From contig OZ024741.1 of the NCBI GenBank assembly GCA_964016885.1, forward strand, positions 354,082,001 to 354,146,000: a stretch of DNA of 64,000 nt, in the 5' to 3' direction. The translations under genes and the position numbers were made by a program. The notes under the pieces were generated by a model. It made no database searches. It saw nothing but the letters and a program-made list of their open reading frames with translations, and was not told the origin of the DNA. Source of the DNA: Eledone cirrhosa. Its lineage: Eukaryota. Below, one piece after another: positions 15,601 through 26,784 of the stretch; positions within the stretch are counted from its first letter, which is position 1, and the number at the start of each line of letters is the position of its first letter.

Positions 15601-17355
15601 TAGGCAGGAGTATGGGGTCCTGGGAGACAGAGTTGACATCAACTGGAGTATCCTTGGGAAGCGTGAAGATCAAGAGAGGTATCTTCCAGGGAGATAGCCT
15701 GTCCCCTCTGTTGTTTGTCCTTGCCCTGATGCCCTTGACCATTATGCTGCGAAAAGTGAGAGCAGGATACAAGTTGGGAAGGGGAGAGCTTACCATCAAT
15801 CACCTCCTCTTCATGGACGATCTTAAGCTCTTCGGGAAAAGTGAGAAGGAGTTGGATGTGCTTGTTGACACTGTCCGTATTTTCAGCAGTGATATATGTA
15901 TGCAGTTTGGTATTGGTAAATGTGGAGTCATTGTGATGAAGAGGGGTAGGTTGAGCAGAAGTAACGGGATCCAGATACCAACAGGTGAGATGATAAAGAA
16001 AATTGACTCTGAGGAAGGATACAAGTATTTGGGCGTTCTGGAGGCTGATGGCATAAAGAACAAAAAAATGAAGGAATTGTTAAGAACTGAATACATTCGG
16101 AGAGTAAGGAGCGTATTGAAGTCACATCTGAACAGCAGAAATGCCATAAGCGCAGTAAATTCCCGAGCTGTGTCTATTATTAGGTACAGTGCGGGAATTC
16201 TGAGATGGAATGTTGCTGAACAAAAAGAAATGGATAGGAAGACTAGGAAGCTATTGACTATCTACAACATGTTCCACAAGAGGAGTGATGTCGATAGACT
16301 CTACCTAAGGAGATCTGAGGGTGGAAGAGGTCTTATCAGCATAGAGGACTGTGTTCAGATGGAGAAAAACAACCTATACAAATACTTGACCTATAGTAAG
16401 GAGCCAATGCTCAGAACTGTACTGAAGGAGGGGACAGTAGGCCAGGGGATGTCCAAGGAGGAAATAACATCAAGGAGGAAGAGCAGCCTTAAGGGAAAAT
16501 CCCTTCATAGTACCTTCTTTGAGAAAACTGAATTTAGAGATCCACAGACATGGAACTGGTTGAGAAGAGGAGACCTCAAAAAGGCTACAGAAGGAATGCT
16601 AATGGCTGCGCAGGAGCAGGCCCTCAAAACGAAGTGGTTGAAGCACCATATCTACAAGGAGGAGGCTAGCCCACTGTGCAGGATCTGTGGAGAGAGAGAG
16701 GAGACTGTGGCTCACATTGTGTCCGAGTGTAAACACCTAGCCCAGACCCACTATAAGGGCTGGAGACACGATGTGATGGGCAGGGTGATCCACTGGCACC
16801 TGTGCAAAGTAAACAATCTACCACATTCTGAGAAATGGTATGAGCATAGGCCAGAGGCGGTGATGGAGAACAATCAGGTGAAGGTGCTGTGGGATTTTAG
16901 GATACAGACGGACAAAAAACTGGAACACAATAGACCTGACCTGGTGGTTGTGGACAAAGAAAAAAGATCGTGCCTGATTGTGGATGTGGCCTGCCCGTTC
17001 GACACGAGAGTGCAAGAGAAGGAGAGGGAGAAAATTAACCGATACCGGGACCTAAAGTGGGAGGTGAAAAGGATTTGGAACTGCCATGAAGTCAAAGTGA
17101 TCCCGATTGTCATAGGCGCACTGGGGACTATCTCTAAAAGTTTCCAGGGATGGTTAAAGAAAATCGGCCCCTTCACGCTTTTTGGAACGCTTCAAAAGGC
17201 ATGCTTGCTTGGAACAGCAAGAACCCTCCGATACGTCCTGAATATCTGAGGCTGCAGGTAGTGGCTTGATATTCAATCCAACGGACTTTCCAGTTAACCA
17301 ACATCAATGACTGAGATTCAAGGAATAACAATAACAATAATAATAATAATAATAA
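12685..17355 (+). mobile_element. Full-length R4/Dong-clade non-LTR retrotransposon, copy 1
   Basis: Starts GGGAAGAAGACGCACG directly after (AAT)n, same start as copy 4. ~1.2-kb 5' UTR, single intact ORF, ~75-bp 3' UTR, AAT/AAC tail. Confidence 0.92.
13857..17249 (+). CDS. R4/Dong retrotransposon protein (N-terminal Myb-like region, RT, CCHC knuckle, restriction-like endonuclease), 1130 aa
   Basis: WTKELN..VMQCY N-terminus. RT motifs [64 protein letters not shown]...IVDVACP...EKINRY (PD-(D/E)xK RLE). Confidence 0.95.
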   Translation: METRTSCDRLSPNRCPLAQQQEPDCQPNTADVGGRRRRKGARTNWTKELNRTVMQCYLKSNPKERGYRRRMHNIWNEIGLFKLDEQKLAGQARVIRTNGWISELELEELSRENGLEMAGVVCQTSEPVGNEGEEVLRTEEPPEADNDLNTEINNTWNRDTATEEMNADGLGQDSVDILNLVVDELNNDSGRPMNLRFVDRKKLKETTAKVNKVIPYLEARSLHQCNNILKATANTVRKLLGIKARGNNRQERAEPWWKKRLSGQIGEMRNDIGKLESLLNGTLKNIGTKNRLEIKYKTRSKKLNIIIEELKQRIVAKSAKIRRYENRVSQYKQNRMFDNNQKMLFGQLEGKERGNDLIPGAEQTKTFWRGIWEQDVRHNAQAGWIETVQREIGEQAQQQTDLSITVETLKGQAKKLTNWKSPGPDGVQGYWIKHLTSLHPKLTAMFNDCLVSGEVPEWLTKGTTVLIMKDRIKGNDVTNYRPITCLSVMWKLLTSIVSEEIYHHLHTNNLLPDEQKGCRKKSRGTKDQLLIDKMVMGNCRRRHTDLAMGWIDYRKAFDMVPHSWITKSLEIFRVADNIRQLLGRSMGSWETELTSTGVSLGSVKIKRGIFQGDSLSPLLFVLALMPLTIMLRKVRAGYKLGRGELTINHLLFMDDLKLFGKSEKELDVLVDTVRIFSSDICMQFGIGKCGVIVMKRGRLSRSNGIQIPTGEMIKKIDSEEGYKYLGVLEADGIKNKKMKELLRTEYIRRVRSVLKSHLNSRNAISAVNSRAVSIIRYSAGILRWNVAEQKEMDRKTRKLLTIYNMFHKRSDVDRLYLRRSEGGRGLISIEDCVQMEKNNLYKYLTYSKEPMLRTVLKEGTVGQGMSKEEITSRRKSSLKGKSLHSTFFEKTEFRDPQTWNWLRRGDLKKATEGMLMAAQEQALKTKWLKHHIYKEEASPLCRICGEREETVAHIVSECKHLAQTHYKGWRHDVMGRVIHWHLCKVNNLPHSEKWYEHRPEAVMENNQVKVLWDFRIQTDKKLEHNRPDLVVVDKEKRSCLIVDVACPFDTRVQEKEREKINRYRDLKWEVKRIWNCHEVKVIPIVIGALGTISKSFQGWLKKIGPFTLFGTLQKACLLGTARTLRYVLNI

Positions 17356-17482
17356 TAAATAAATAAAAAAAATAAAAAATTTAAAAAAATTAAAAAAAGA
17401 AATATATATATACATACATATATACATACACACATACATACACATACACACACACATATACACACACACATACATTAATAAC

Positions 17483-17530
<48 letters not shown>

Positions 17531-19560
17531 TGTTGACGAGCATTGTGTCTGAGGAAATCTACCATCACCTCCACACAAACAACTTGTTGCCGGACGAACA
17601 GAACAGAAAGGATGCCGAAAGAAGTCACGTGGTACAAAGGACCAGTTGCTTATTGATAAGATGGTAATGGGGAATTGCAGGAGGAGACACACTGATCTTG
17701 CCATGGGATGGATAGACTACAGAAAGGCATTTGACATGGTGCCTCATTCCTGGATCACCAAAAGCCTGGAGATCTTCAGGGTGGCAGATAACATCAGACA
17801 GTTGCTGGGCAGGAGTATGGGGTCCTGGGAGACAGAGTTGACATCAACTGGAGTATCCTTGGGAAGCGGGAAGATCAAGAGAGGTATCTTCCAGGGAGAT
17901 AGCCTGTCCCCTCTGTTGTTTGTCCTTGCCCTGATGCCCTTGACCATTATGCTGCGAAAAGTGAGAGCAGGATACAAGTTGGGAAGGGGAGAGCTTACCA
18001 TCAATCACCTCCTCTTCATGGACGATCTTAAGCTCTTCGGGAAAAGTGAGAAGGAGTTGGATGTGCTTGTTGACACTGTCCGTATTTTCAGCAGTGATAT
18101 ATGTATGCAGTTTGGTATTGGTAAATGTGGAGTCATTGTGATGAAGAGGGGTAGGTTGAGCAGAAGTAACGGGATCCAGATACCAACAGGTGAGATGATA
18201 AAGAAAATTGACTCTGAGGAAGGATACAAGTATTTGGGCGTTCTGGAGGCTGATGGCATAAAGAACAAAAAAATGAAGGAATTGTTAAGAACTGAATACA
18301 TTCGGAGAGTAAGGAGCGTATTGAAGTCACATCTGAACAGCAGAAATGCCATAAGCGCAGTAAATTCCCGAGCTGTGTCTATTATTAGGTACAGTGCGGG
18401 AATTCTGAGATGGAATGTTGCTGAACAAAAAGAAATGGATAGGAAGACTAGGAAGCTATTGACTATCTACAACATGTTCCACAAGAGGAGTGATGTCGAT
18501 AGACTCTACCTAAGGAGATCTGAGGGTGGAAGAGGTCTTATCAGCATAGAGGACTGTGTTCAGATGGAGAAAAACAACCTATACAAATACTTGACCTATA
18601 GTAAGGAGCCAATGCTCAGAACTGTACTGAAGGAGGGGACAGTAGGCCAGGGGATGTCCAAGGAGGAAATAACATCAAGGAGGAAGAGCAGCCTTAAGGG
18701 AAAATCCCTTCATAGTACCTTCTTTGAGAAAACTGAATTTAGAGATCCACAGACATGGAACTGGTTGAGAAGAGGAGACCTCAAAAAGGCTACAGAAGGA
18801 ATGCTAATGGCTGCGCAGGAGCAGGCCCTCAAAACGAAGTGGTTGAAGCACCATATCTACAAGGAGGAGGCTAGCCCACTGTGCAGGATCTGTGGAGAGA
18901 GAGAGGAGACTGTGGCTCACATTGTGTCCGAGTGTAAACACCTAGCCCAGACCCACTATAAGGGCTGGAGACACGATGTGATGGGCAGGGTGATCCACTG
19001 GCACCTGTGCAAAGTAAACAATCTACCACATTCTGAGAAATGGTATGAGCATAGGCCAGAGGCGGTGATGGAGAACAATCAGGTGAAGGTGCTGTGGGAT
19101 TTTAGGATACAGACGGACAAAAAACTGGAACACAATAGACCTGACCTGGTGGTTGTGGACAAAGAAAAAAGATCGTGCCTGATTGTGGATGTGGCCTGCC
19201 CGTTCGACACGAGAGTGCAAGAGAAGGAGAGGGAGAAAATTAACCGATACCAGGACCTAAAGTGGGAGGTGAAAAGGATTTGGAACTGCCATGAAGTCAA
19301 AGTGATCCCGATTGTCATAGGCGCACTGGGGACTATCTCTAAAAGTTTCCAGGGATGGTTAAAGAAAATCGGCCCCTTCACGCTTTTTGGAACGCTTCAA
19401 AAGGCATGCTTGCTTGGAACAGCAAGAACCCTCCGATACGTCCTGAATATCTGAGGCTGCAGGTAGTGGCTTGATATTCAATCCAACGGACTTTCCAGTT
19501 AACCAACATCAATGACTGAGATTCAAGGAATAACAATAACAATAATAATAATAATAATAA
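17531..19560 (+). mobile_element. 5'-truncated R4/Dong copy 2 (recombinant)
   Basis: Starts at tgttgacgagcattg after (AAT)n and carries a 5-bp GAACA duplication. Open 602-aa remnant 17646-19454. Confidence 0.93.
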
Positions 19561-19687
19561 TAAATAAATAAAAAAAATAAAAAATTTAAAAAAATTAAAA
19601 AAAGAAATATATATATACATACATATATACATACACACATACATACACATACACACACACATATACACACACACATACATTAATAAC

Positions 19688-19735
<48 letters not shown>

Positions 19736-21770
19736 TGTTGACGAGCATTGTGTCTGAGGAAATCTACCATCACCTCCACACAAACAACTTGTTGCCGGAC
19801 GAACAGAACAGAAAGGATGCCGAAAGAAGTCACGTGGTACAAAGGACCAGTTGCTTATTGATAAGATGGTAATGGGGAATTGCAGGAGGAGACACACTGA
19901 TCTTGCCATGGGATGGATAGACTACAGAAAGGCATTTGACATGGTGCCTCATTCCTGGATCACCAAAAGCCTGGAGATCTTCAGGGTGGCAGATAACATC
20001 AGACAGTTGCTGGGCAGGAGTATGGGGTCCTGGGAGACAGAGTTGACATCAACTGGAGTATCCTTGGGAAGCGTGAAGATCAAGAGAGGTATCTTCCAGG
20101 GAGATAGCCTGTCCCCTCTGTTGTTTGTCCTTGCCCTGATGCCCTTGACCATTATGCTGCGAAAAGTGAGAGCAGGATACAAGTTGGGAAGGGGAGAGCT
20201 TACCATCAATCACCTCCTCTTCATGGACGATCTTAAGCTCTTCGGGAAAAGTGAGAAGGAGTTGGATGTGCTTGTTGACACTGTCCGTATTTTCAGCAGT
20301 GATATATGTATGCAGTTTGGTATTGGTAAATGTGGAGTCATTGTGATGAGGAGGGGTAGGTTGAGCAGAAGTAACGGGATCCAGATACCAACAGGTGAGA
20401 TGATAAAGGAAATTGACTCTGAGGAAGGATACAAGTATTTGGGCGTTCTGGAGGCTGATGGCATAAAGAACAAAAAAATGAAGGAATTGTTAAGAACTGA
20501 ATACATTCGGAGAGTAAGGAGCGTATTGAAGTCACATCTGAACAGCAGAAATGCCATAAGCGCAGTAAATTCCCGAGCTGTGTCTATTATTAGGTACAGT
20601 GCGGGAATTCTGAGATGGAATGTTGCTGAACAAAAAGAAATGGATAGGAAGACTAGGAAGCTATTGACTATCTACAACATGTTCCACAAGAGGAGTGATG
20701 TCGATAGACTCTACCTAAGGAGATCTGAGGGTGGAAGAGGTCTTATCAGCATAGAGGACTGTGTTCAGATGGAGAAAAACAACCTATACAAATACGTGAC
20801 CTATAGTAAGGAGCCAATGCTCAGAGCTGTACTGAAGGAGGGGACAGTAGGCCAGGGGATACCCAAGGAGGAAATAACATCAAGGAGGAAGAGCAGCCTT
20901 AAGGGAAAATCCCTTCATAGTACCTTCTTTGAGAAAACTGAATTTAGAGATCCACAGACATGGAACTGGTTGAGAAGAGGAGACCTCAAAAAGGCTACAG
21001 AAGGAATGCTAATGGCTGCGCAGGAGCAGGCCCTCAAAACGAAGTGGTTGAAGCACCATATCTACAAGGAGGAGGCTAGCCCACTGTGCAGGATCTGTGG
21101 AGAGAGAGAGGAGACTGTGGCTCACATTGTGTCCGAGTGTAAACACCTAGCCCAGACCCACTATAAGGGCTGGAGACACGATGTGATGGGCAGGGTGATC
21201 CACTGGCACCTGTGCAAAGTAAACAATCTACCACATTCTGAGAAATGGTATGAGCATAGGCCAGAGGCGGTGATGGAGAACAGTCAGGTGAAGGTGCTGT
21301 GGGATTTTAGGATACAGACGGACAAAAAACTGGAACACAATAGACCTGACCTGGTGGTTGTGGACAAAGAAAAAAGATCGTGCCTGATTGTGGATGTGGC
21401 CTGCCCGTTCGACACGAGAGTGCAAGAGAAGGAGAGGGAGAAAATTAACCGATACCAGGACCTAAAGTGGGAGGTGAAAAGGATTTGGAACTGCCATGAA
21501 GTCAAAGTGATCCCGATTGTCATAGGCGCACTGGGGACTATCTTCAAAGGTTTCCAGGGATGGTTAAAGAAAATCGGCCCCTTCACGCTTTTTGGAACGC
21601 TTCGAAAGGCATGCTTGCTTGGAACGGCAAGAACCCTCCGATACGTCCTGAATATCTGAGGCTGCAGGTAGTGGCTTGATATTCAATCCAACGGACTTTC
21701 CAGTTAACCAACATCAATGACTGAGATTCAAGGAATAACAATAACAATAATAATAATAATAATAATAATA
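19736..21770 (+). mobile_element. 5'-truncated R4/Dong copy 3
   Basis: Same truncation point and GAACA duplication as copy 2, exactly 2205 bp downstream. Open 602-aa remnant 19851-21659. Confidence 0.93.
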
Positions 21771-21773
21771 AAA

Positions 21774-24700
21774 GGGAAGAAGACGCACGAGGTGACGGAG
21801 GTCATGAAATCGCTCCCGTAAGTTTTGAATTTTTAACATATTTAAATCATTTGTGAAATAACAACTCTTAGTACAAATGCTACGTAAAGCACCCGGCTTG
21901 AGCCCCAAAAAATTCGGACCCAAAATATATTGTTATAAGGCTCAAATATTCAAATATTCAACTTTGTATTGTACACTGTATATCCAAAAAAAAAAAAAAA
22001 AATGGCTATAAATGGAAGAAGAAGAACCCCCCCCCCCCCCTCCTCTCCTCTGGCTACACTATATAGGACAGCTAAACTCACCAACACCAGAAACTAGATA
22101 CACCACCCACCCCATCATCTGTGTACACTAAACACAACAGCATTTTCACCCTCACCGCCACCGCTCACTACGGCCATCATTACCACCACTATCCCATCAC
22201 CGCCGCCACCACCCCTTGACTCCTTCACTGCTGCTGCCACCGCTACAGCACCATCACTACAGTAATACGGCTCAAATATTCAAATATTCAACTTTGTATT
22301 GTACACTGTATATCCAAAAAAAATAAAATGGCTATAAATGGAAGAAGAAGACCCCCCCCCCCTCCTCTCCTCTGGCTACACTATATAGGACAGCTAAACT
22401 CACCAACACCAGAAACTAGATACACCACCCACCCCATCATCTGTGTACACTAAACACAACAGCATTTTCACCTTCACCGCCACCGCTCACTACGGCCATC
22501 ATTACCACCACTATCCCATCACCGCCGCCACCACCCCTTGACTCCTTCACTGCTGCTGCCACCGCTACAGCACCATCACTACAGTAATACGGTCGCATCA
22601 CCGCCACCACTGCCTCGGTATCGACATCACCACCACCACTGTCTCAGTATCGCCAACGCCGCCAGTCTCTGCTGGCTGCCACTTCCACATTATAGAATTC
22701 CTACTACTAACAAAGAGGAAGGCATCAAAATATATAGATAGACTCAAAAGAAAAAAGAAAAAACAAACAACAAAACCAAAGCAGCACAGCAACAACAGCA
22801 AAAAAATAAAAAAAATAAAAAAAAACGAGAAAAACAAACAGAGAAAAACAAAAACAAAAAAAGAAACCCCAAAAACGTAAAGAAAATAAGAATGAAGAGA
22901 GAAGCAGGCGGACGGACAGAGAAGAGGGGGGAAAAAGTAAAACTTAAAAAACAAAAACTAAGTCAGACATTCGAATACTACATTACAATGAAACTTATGC
23001 TTATTCATTTTTGGGGCCCTTTCTGCCCGTGTGTTTGTTTGTTTATGTGTGTCCGTATACAGCGTGGTGATAATGCCACACAAGGGCCAAGTGGGATGGC
23101 GGATCCACAGATGGCTATGTAAACATACGTTCGCCAATCCTCGATAAGAGTGTTTAAATATCGAACATAAACAGTTCGAATAACGGTGAAATGGAGACTA
23201 GAACGTCATGTGGCAGACTCTCACCCAACAGGTGCCCCCTGGCTCAGCAGCAGGAACCTGACTGTCAACCAAATACTGCTGATGTTGGAGGAAGAAGAAG
23301 AAGGAAAGGGGCCAGAACCAACTGGACGAAAGAATTGAATAGAACTGTTATGCAATGCTACCTGAAAAGTAACCCCAAGGAGAGGGGCTACAGGAGACGG
23401 ATGCATAACATCTGGAACGAGATTGGTTTATTTAAATTAGATGAACAAAAATTGGCCGGGCAGGCTCGGGTAATAAGAACTAATGGGTGGATAAGCGAGC
23501 TGGAACTGGAGGAACTGAGCAGAGAGAATGGCTTGGAGATGGCGGGTGTAGTATGCCAGACAAGCGAGCCGGCGGGAAATGAAGGTGAGGAGGTCCTGAG
23601 AACGGAGGAACCACCCGAAGCAGACAATGATCTAAATACTGAGATAAATAATACCTGGAACAGAGATACGGCCACTGAGGAGATGAATGCTGACGGGCTA
23701 GGACAAGATTCGGTTGACATCCTAAATTTAGTGGTAGATGAGTTGAACAATGATAGTGGGAGACCTATGAACCTAAGATTTGTAGACAGGAAAAAGTTAA
23801 AAGAAACAACAGCTAAGGTAAACAAAGTCATCCCATACCTTGAGGCGAGGAGTCTTCACCAGTGCAACAATATCCTCAAAGCAACAGCAAATACGGTGAG
23901 GAAACTACTTGGTATAAAAGCGAGAGGAAACAACAGACAAGAAAGAGCAGAGCCGTGGTGGAAGAAGCGACTGAGTGGGCAAATCGGGGAAATGAGAAAT
24001 GACATAGGAAAGCTTGAGTCACTACTGAATGGGACACTAAAAAACATAATCACTAAAAATAGACTGGAAATAAAATACAAAACTAGGAGTAAAAAGCTAA
24101 ATATTATCATAGAGGAATTGAAGCAACGCATTGTAGCAAAGAGTGCCAAAATCAGGCGATACGAGAACAGAGTCAGTCAGTATAAACAGAACCGCATGTT
24201 CGACAACAACCAGAAGATGCTGTTTGGACAGCTTGAGGGGAAAGAAAGAGGCAACGACTTGATCCCTGGGGCGGAACAAGCTAAAACATTCTGGAGAGGA
24301 ATATGGGAGCAGGATGTTAGACACAATGCCCAGGCAGGGTGGATTGAGACAGTACAGAGGGAGATCGGTGAGCAGGCACAACAACAGACTGATTTGAGTA
24401 TCACAGTTGAAACTCTTAAGGGGCAAGCCAAAAAACTAACCAACTGGAAATCACCAGGCCCAGATGGTGTGCAGGGGTATTGGATTAAACATTTAACATC
24501 CCTCCACCCGAAGCTGACGGCCATGTTCAATGACTGCTTGGTGTCGGGTGAGGTGCCAGAGTGGTTGACAAAAGGTACCACAGTTCTGATAATGAAAGAC
24601 CGAATCAAGGGTAATGATGTTACCAACTATAGACCTATCACATGTCTGCCCGTAATGTGGAAACTGTTGACGAGCATTGTGTCTGAGGAAATCTACCATC

Positions 24701-26730
24701 ACCTCCACACAAACAACTTGTTACCGGACGAACAGAAAGGATGCCGAAAGAAGTCACGTGGTACAAAGGACCAGTTGCTTATTGATAAGATGGTAATGGG
24801 GAATTGCAGGAGGAGACACACTGATCTTGCCATGGGATGGATGGACTACAGAAAGGCATTTGACATGGTGCCTCATTCCTGGATCACCAAAAGCCTGGAG
24901 ATCTTCAGGGTGGCAGATAACATCAGACAGTTGCTGGGCAGGAGTATGGGGTCCTGGGAGACAGAGTTGACATCAACTGGAGTATCCTTGGGAAGCGTGA
25001 AGATCAAGAGAGGTATCTTCCAGGGAGATAGCCTGTCCCCTCTGTTGTTTGTCCTTGCCCTGATGCCATTGACCATTATGCTGCGAAAAGTGAGAGCAGG
25101 ATACAAGTTGGGAAGGGGAGAGCTTACCATCAATCACCTCCTCTTCATGGACGATCTTAAGCTCTTCGGGAAAAGTGAGAAGGAGTTGGATGTGCTTGTT
25201 GACACTGTCCGTATTTTCAGCAGTGATATATGTATGCAGTTTGGTATTGGTAAATGTGGAGTCATTGTGATGAGGAGGGGTAGATTGAGCAGAAGTAACG
25301 GGATCCAGATACCAACAGGTGAGATGATAAAGGAAATTGACTCTGAGGAAGGATACAAGTATTTGGGCGTTCTGGAGGCTGATGGCATAAAGAACAAAAA
25401 AATGAAGGAATTGTTAAGAACTGAATACATTCGGAGAGTAAGGAGCGTATTGAAGTCACATCTGAACAGCAGAAATGCCATAAGCGCAGTAAATTCCCGA
25501 GCTGTGTCTATTATTAGGTACAGTGCGGGAATTCTGAGATGGAATGTTGCTGAACAAAAAGAAATGGATAGGAAGACTAGGAAGCTATTGACTATCTACA
25601 ACATGTTCCACAAGAGGAGTGATGTCGATAGACTCTACCTAAGGAGATCTGAGGGTGGAAGAGGTCTTATAAACATAGAGGACTGTGTTCAGATGGAGAA
25701 AAACAATCTATACAAATACGTGACCTATAGTAAGGAGCCAATGCTCAGAGCTGTACTGAAGGAGGGGACAGTAGGCCAGGGGATATCCAAGGAGGAAATA
25801 ACATCAAGGAGGAAGAGCAGCCTTAAGGGAAAATCCCTTCATAGTACCTTCTTTGAGAAAACTGAATTTAGAGATCCACAGACATGGAACTGGTTGAGAA
25901 GAGGAGACCTCAAAAAGGCTACAGAAGGAATGCTAATGGCTGCGCAGGAGCAGGCCCTCAAAACGAAGTGGTTGAAGCACCATATCTACAAGGAGGAGGC
26001 TAGCTCACTGTGCAGGATCTGTGGAGAGAGAGAGGAGACTGTGGCCCACATTGTGTCCGAGTGTAAACACCTAGCCCAGACCCACTATAAGGGCTGGAGA
26101 CACGATGTGATGGGCAGGGTGATCCACTGGCACCTGTGCAAAGTAAACAATCTACCACATTCTGAGAAATGGTATGAGCATAGGCCAGAGGCGGTGATGG
26201 AGAACAGTCAGGTGAAGGTGCTGTGGGATTTTAGGATACAGACGGACAAAAAACTGGAACACAATAGACCTGACCTGGTGGTTGTGGACAAAGAAAAAAG
26301 ATCGTGCCTGATTGTGGATGTGGCCTGCCCGTTCGACACGAGAGTGCAAGAGAAGGAGAGGGAGAAAATTAACCGATACCAGGACCTAAAGTGGGAGGTG
26401 AAAAGGATTTGGAACTGCCATGAAGTCAAAGTGATCCCGATTGTCATAGGCGCACTGGGGACTATCTCCAAAGGTTTCCAGGGATGGTTAAAGAAAATCG
26501 GCCCCTTCACGCTTTTTGGAACGCTTCAAAAGGCATGCTTGCTTGGAACGGCAAGAACCCTCCGATACGTCCTGAATATCTGAGGCTGCAGGTAGTGGCT
26601 TGATATTCAATCCAACGGACTTTCCAGTTAACCAACATCAATGACTGAGATTCAAGGAATAACAATAACAATAATAATAATAATAATAATAATAATAGCA
26701 ATAATAATAATAACGACAACAACAATAATA
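21774..26730 (+). mobile_element. Full-length R4/Dong copy 4
   Basis: Same 5' start GGGAAGAAGACG right after the AAT tail of copy 3. 5' UTR has a ~330-bp internal duplication. Intact ORF, AAT tail. Confidence 0.92.
23191..26583 (+). CDS. R4/Dong retrotransposon protein, 1130 aa
   Basis: Nearly identical to 13857-17249 with scattered substitutions. All RT, CCHC and RLE motifs intact. Confidence 0.95.
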   Translation: METRTSCGRLSPNRCPLAQQQEPDCQPNTADVGGRRRRKGARTNWTKELNRTVMQCYLKSNPKERGYRRRMHNIWNEIGLFKLDEQKLAGQARVIRTNGWISELELEELSRENGLEMAGVVCQTSEPAGNEGEEVLRTEEPPEADNDLNTEINNTWNRDTATEEMNADGLGQDSVDILNLVVDELNNDSGRPMNLRFVDRKKLKETTAKVNKVIPYLEARSLHQCNNILKATANTVRKLLGIKARGNNRQERAEPWWKKRLSGQIGEMRNDIGKLESLLNGTLKNIITKNRLEIKYKTRSKKLNIIIEELKQRIVAKSAKIRRYENRVSQYKQNRMFDNNQKMLFGQLEGKERGNDLIPGAEQAKTFWRGIWEQDVRHNAQAGWIETVQREIGEQAQQQTDLSITVETLKGQAKKLTNWKSPGPDGVQGYWIKHLTSLHPKLTAMFNDCLVSGEVPEWLTKGTTVLIMKDRIKGNDVTNYRPITCLPVMWKLLTSIVSEEIYHHLHTNNLLPDEQKGCRKKSRGTKDQLLIDKMVMGNCRRRHTDLAMGWMDYRKAFDMVPHSWITKSLEIFRVADNIRQLLGRSMGSWETELTSTGVSLGSVKIKRGIFQGDSLSPLLFVLALMPLTIMLRKVRAGYKLGRGELTINHLLFMDDLKLFGKSEKELDVLVDTVRIFSSDICMQFGIGKCGVIVMRRGRLSRSNGIQIPTGEMIKEIDSEEGYKYLGVLEADGIKNKKMKELLRTEYIRRVRSVLKSHLNSRNAISAVNSRAVSIIRYSAGILRWNVAEQKEMDRKTRKLLTIYNMFHKRSDVDRLYLRRSEGGRGLINIEDCVQMEKNNLYKYVTYSKEPMLRAVLKEGTVGQGISKEEITSRRKSSLKGKSLHSTFFEKTEFRDPQTWNWLRRGDLKKATEGMLMAAQEQALKTKWLKHHIYKEEASSLCRICGEREETVAHIVSECKHLAQTHYKGWRHDVMGRVIHWHLCKVNNLPHSEKWYEHRPEAVMENSQVKVLWDFRIQTDKKLEHNRPDLVVVDKEKRSCLIVDVACPFDTRVQEKEREKINRYQDLKWEVKRIWNCHEVKVIPIVIGALGTISKGFQGWLKKIGPFTLFGTLQKACLLGTARTLRYVLNI

Positions 26731-26784
26731 ATATACATATTCATATATATATACACACACGCGCACGCACATAAGCATATCTAA

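Noticed and set aside
13857-26583. Tandem RT genes as a domesticated host cluster or a prokaryote-type retron/DGR system
   Set aside because: RLE domain, 5' truncations, repeat tails and near identity are all explained by a non-LTR retrotransposon in eukaryotic DNA.
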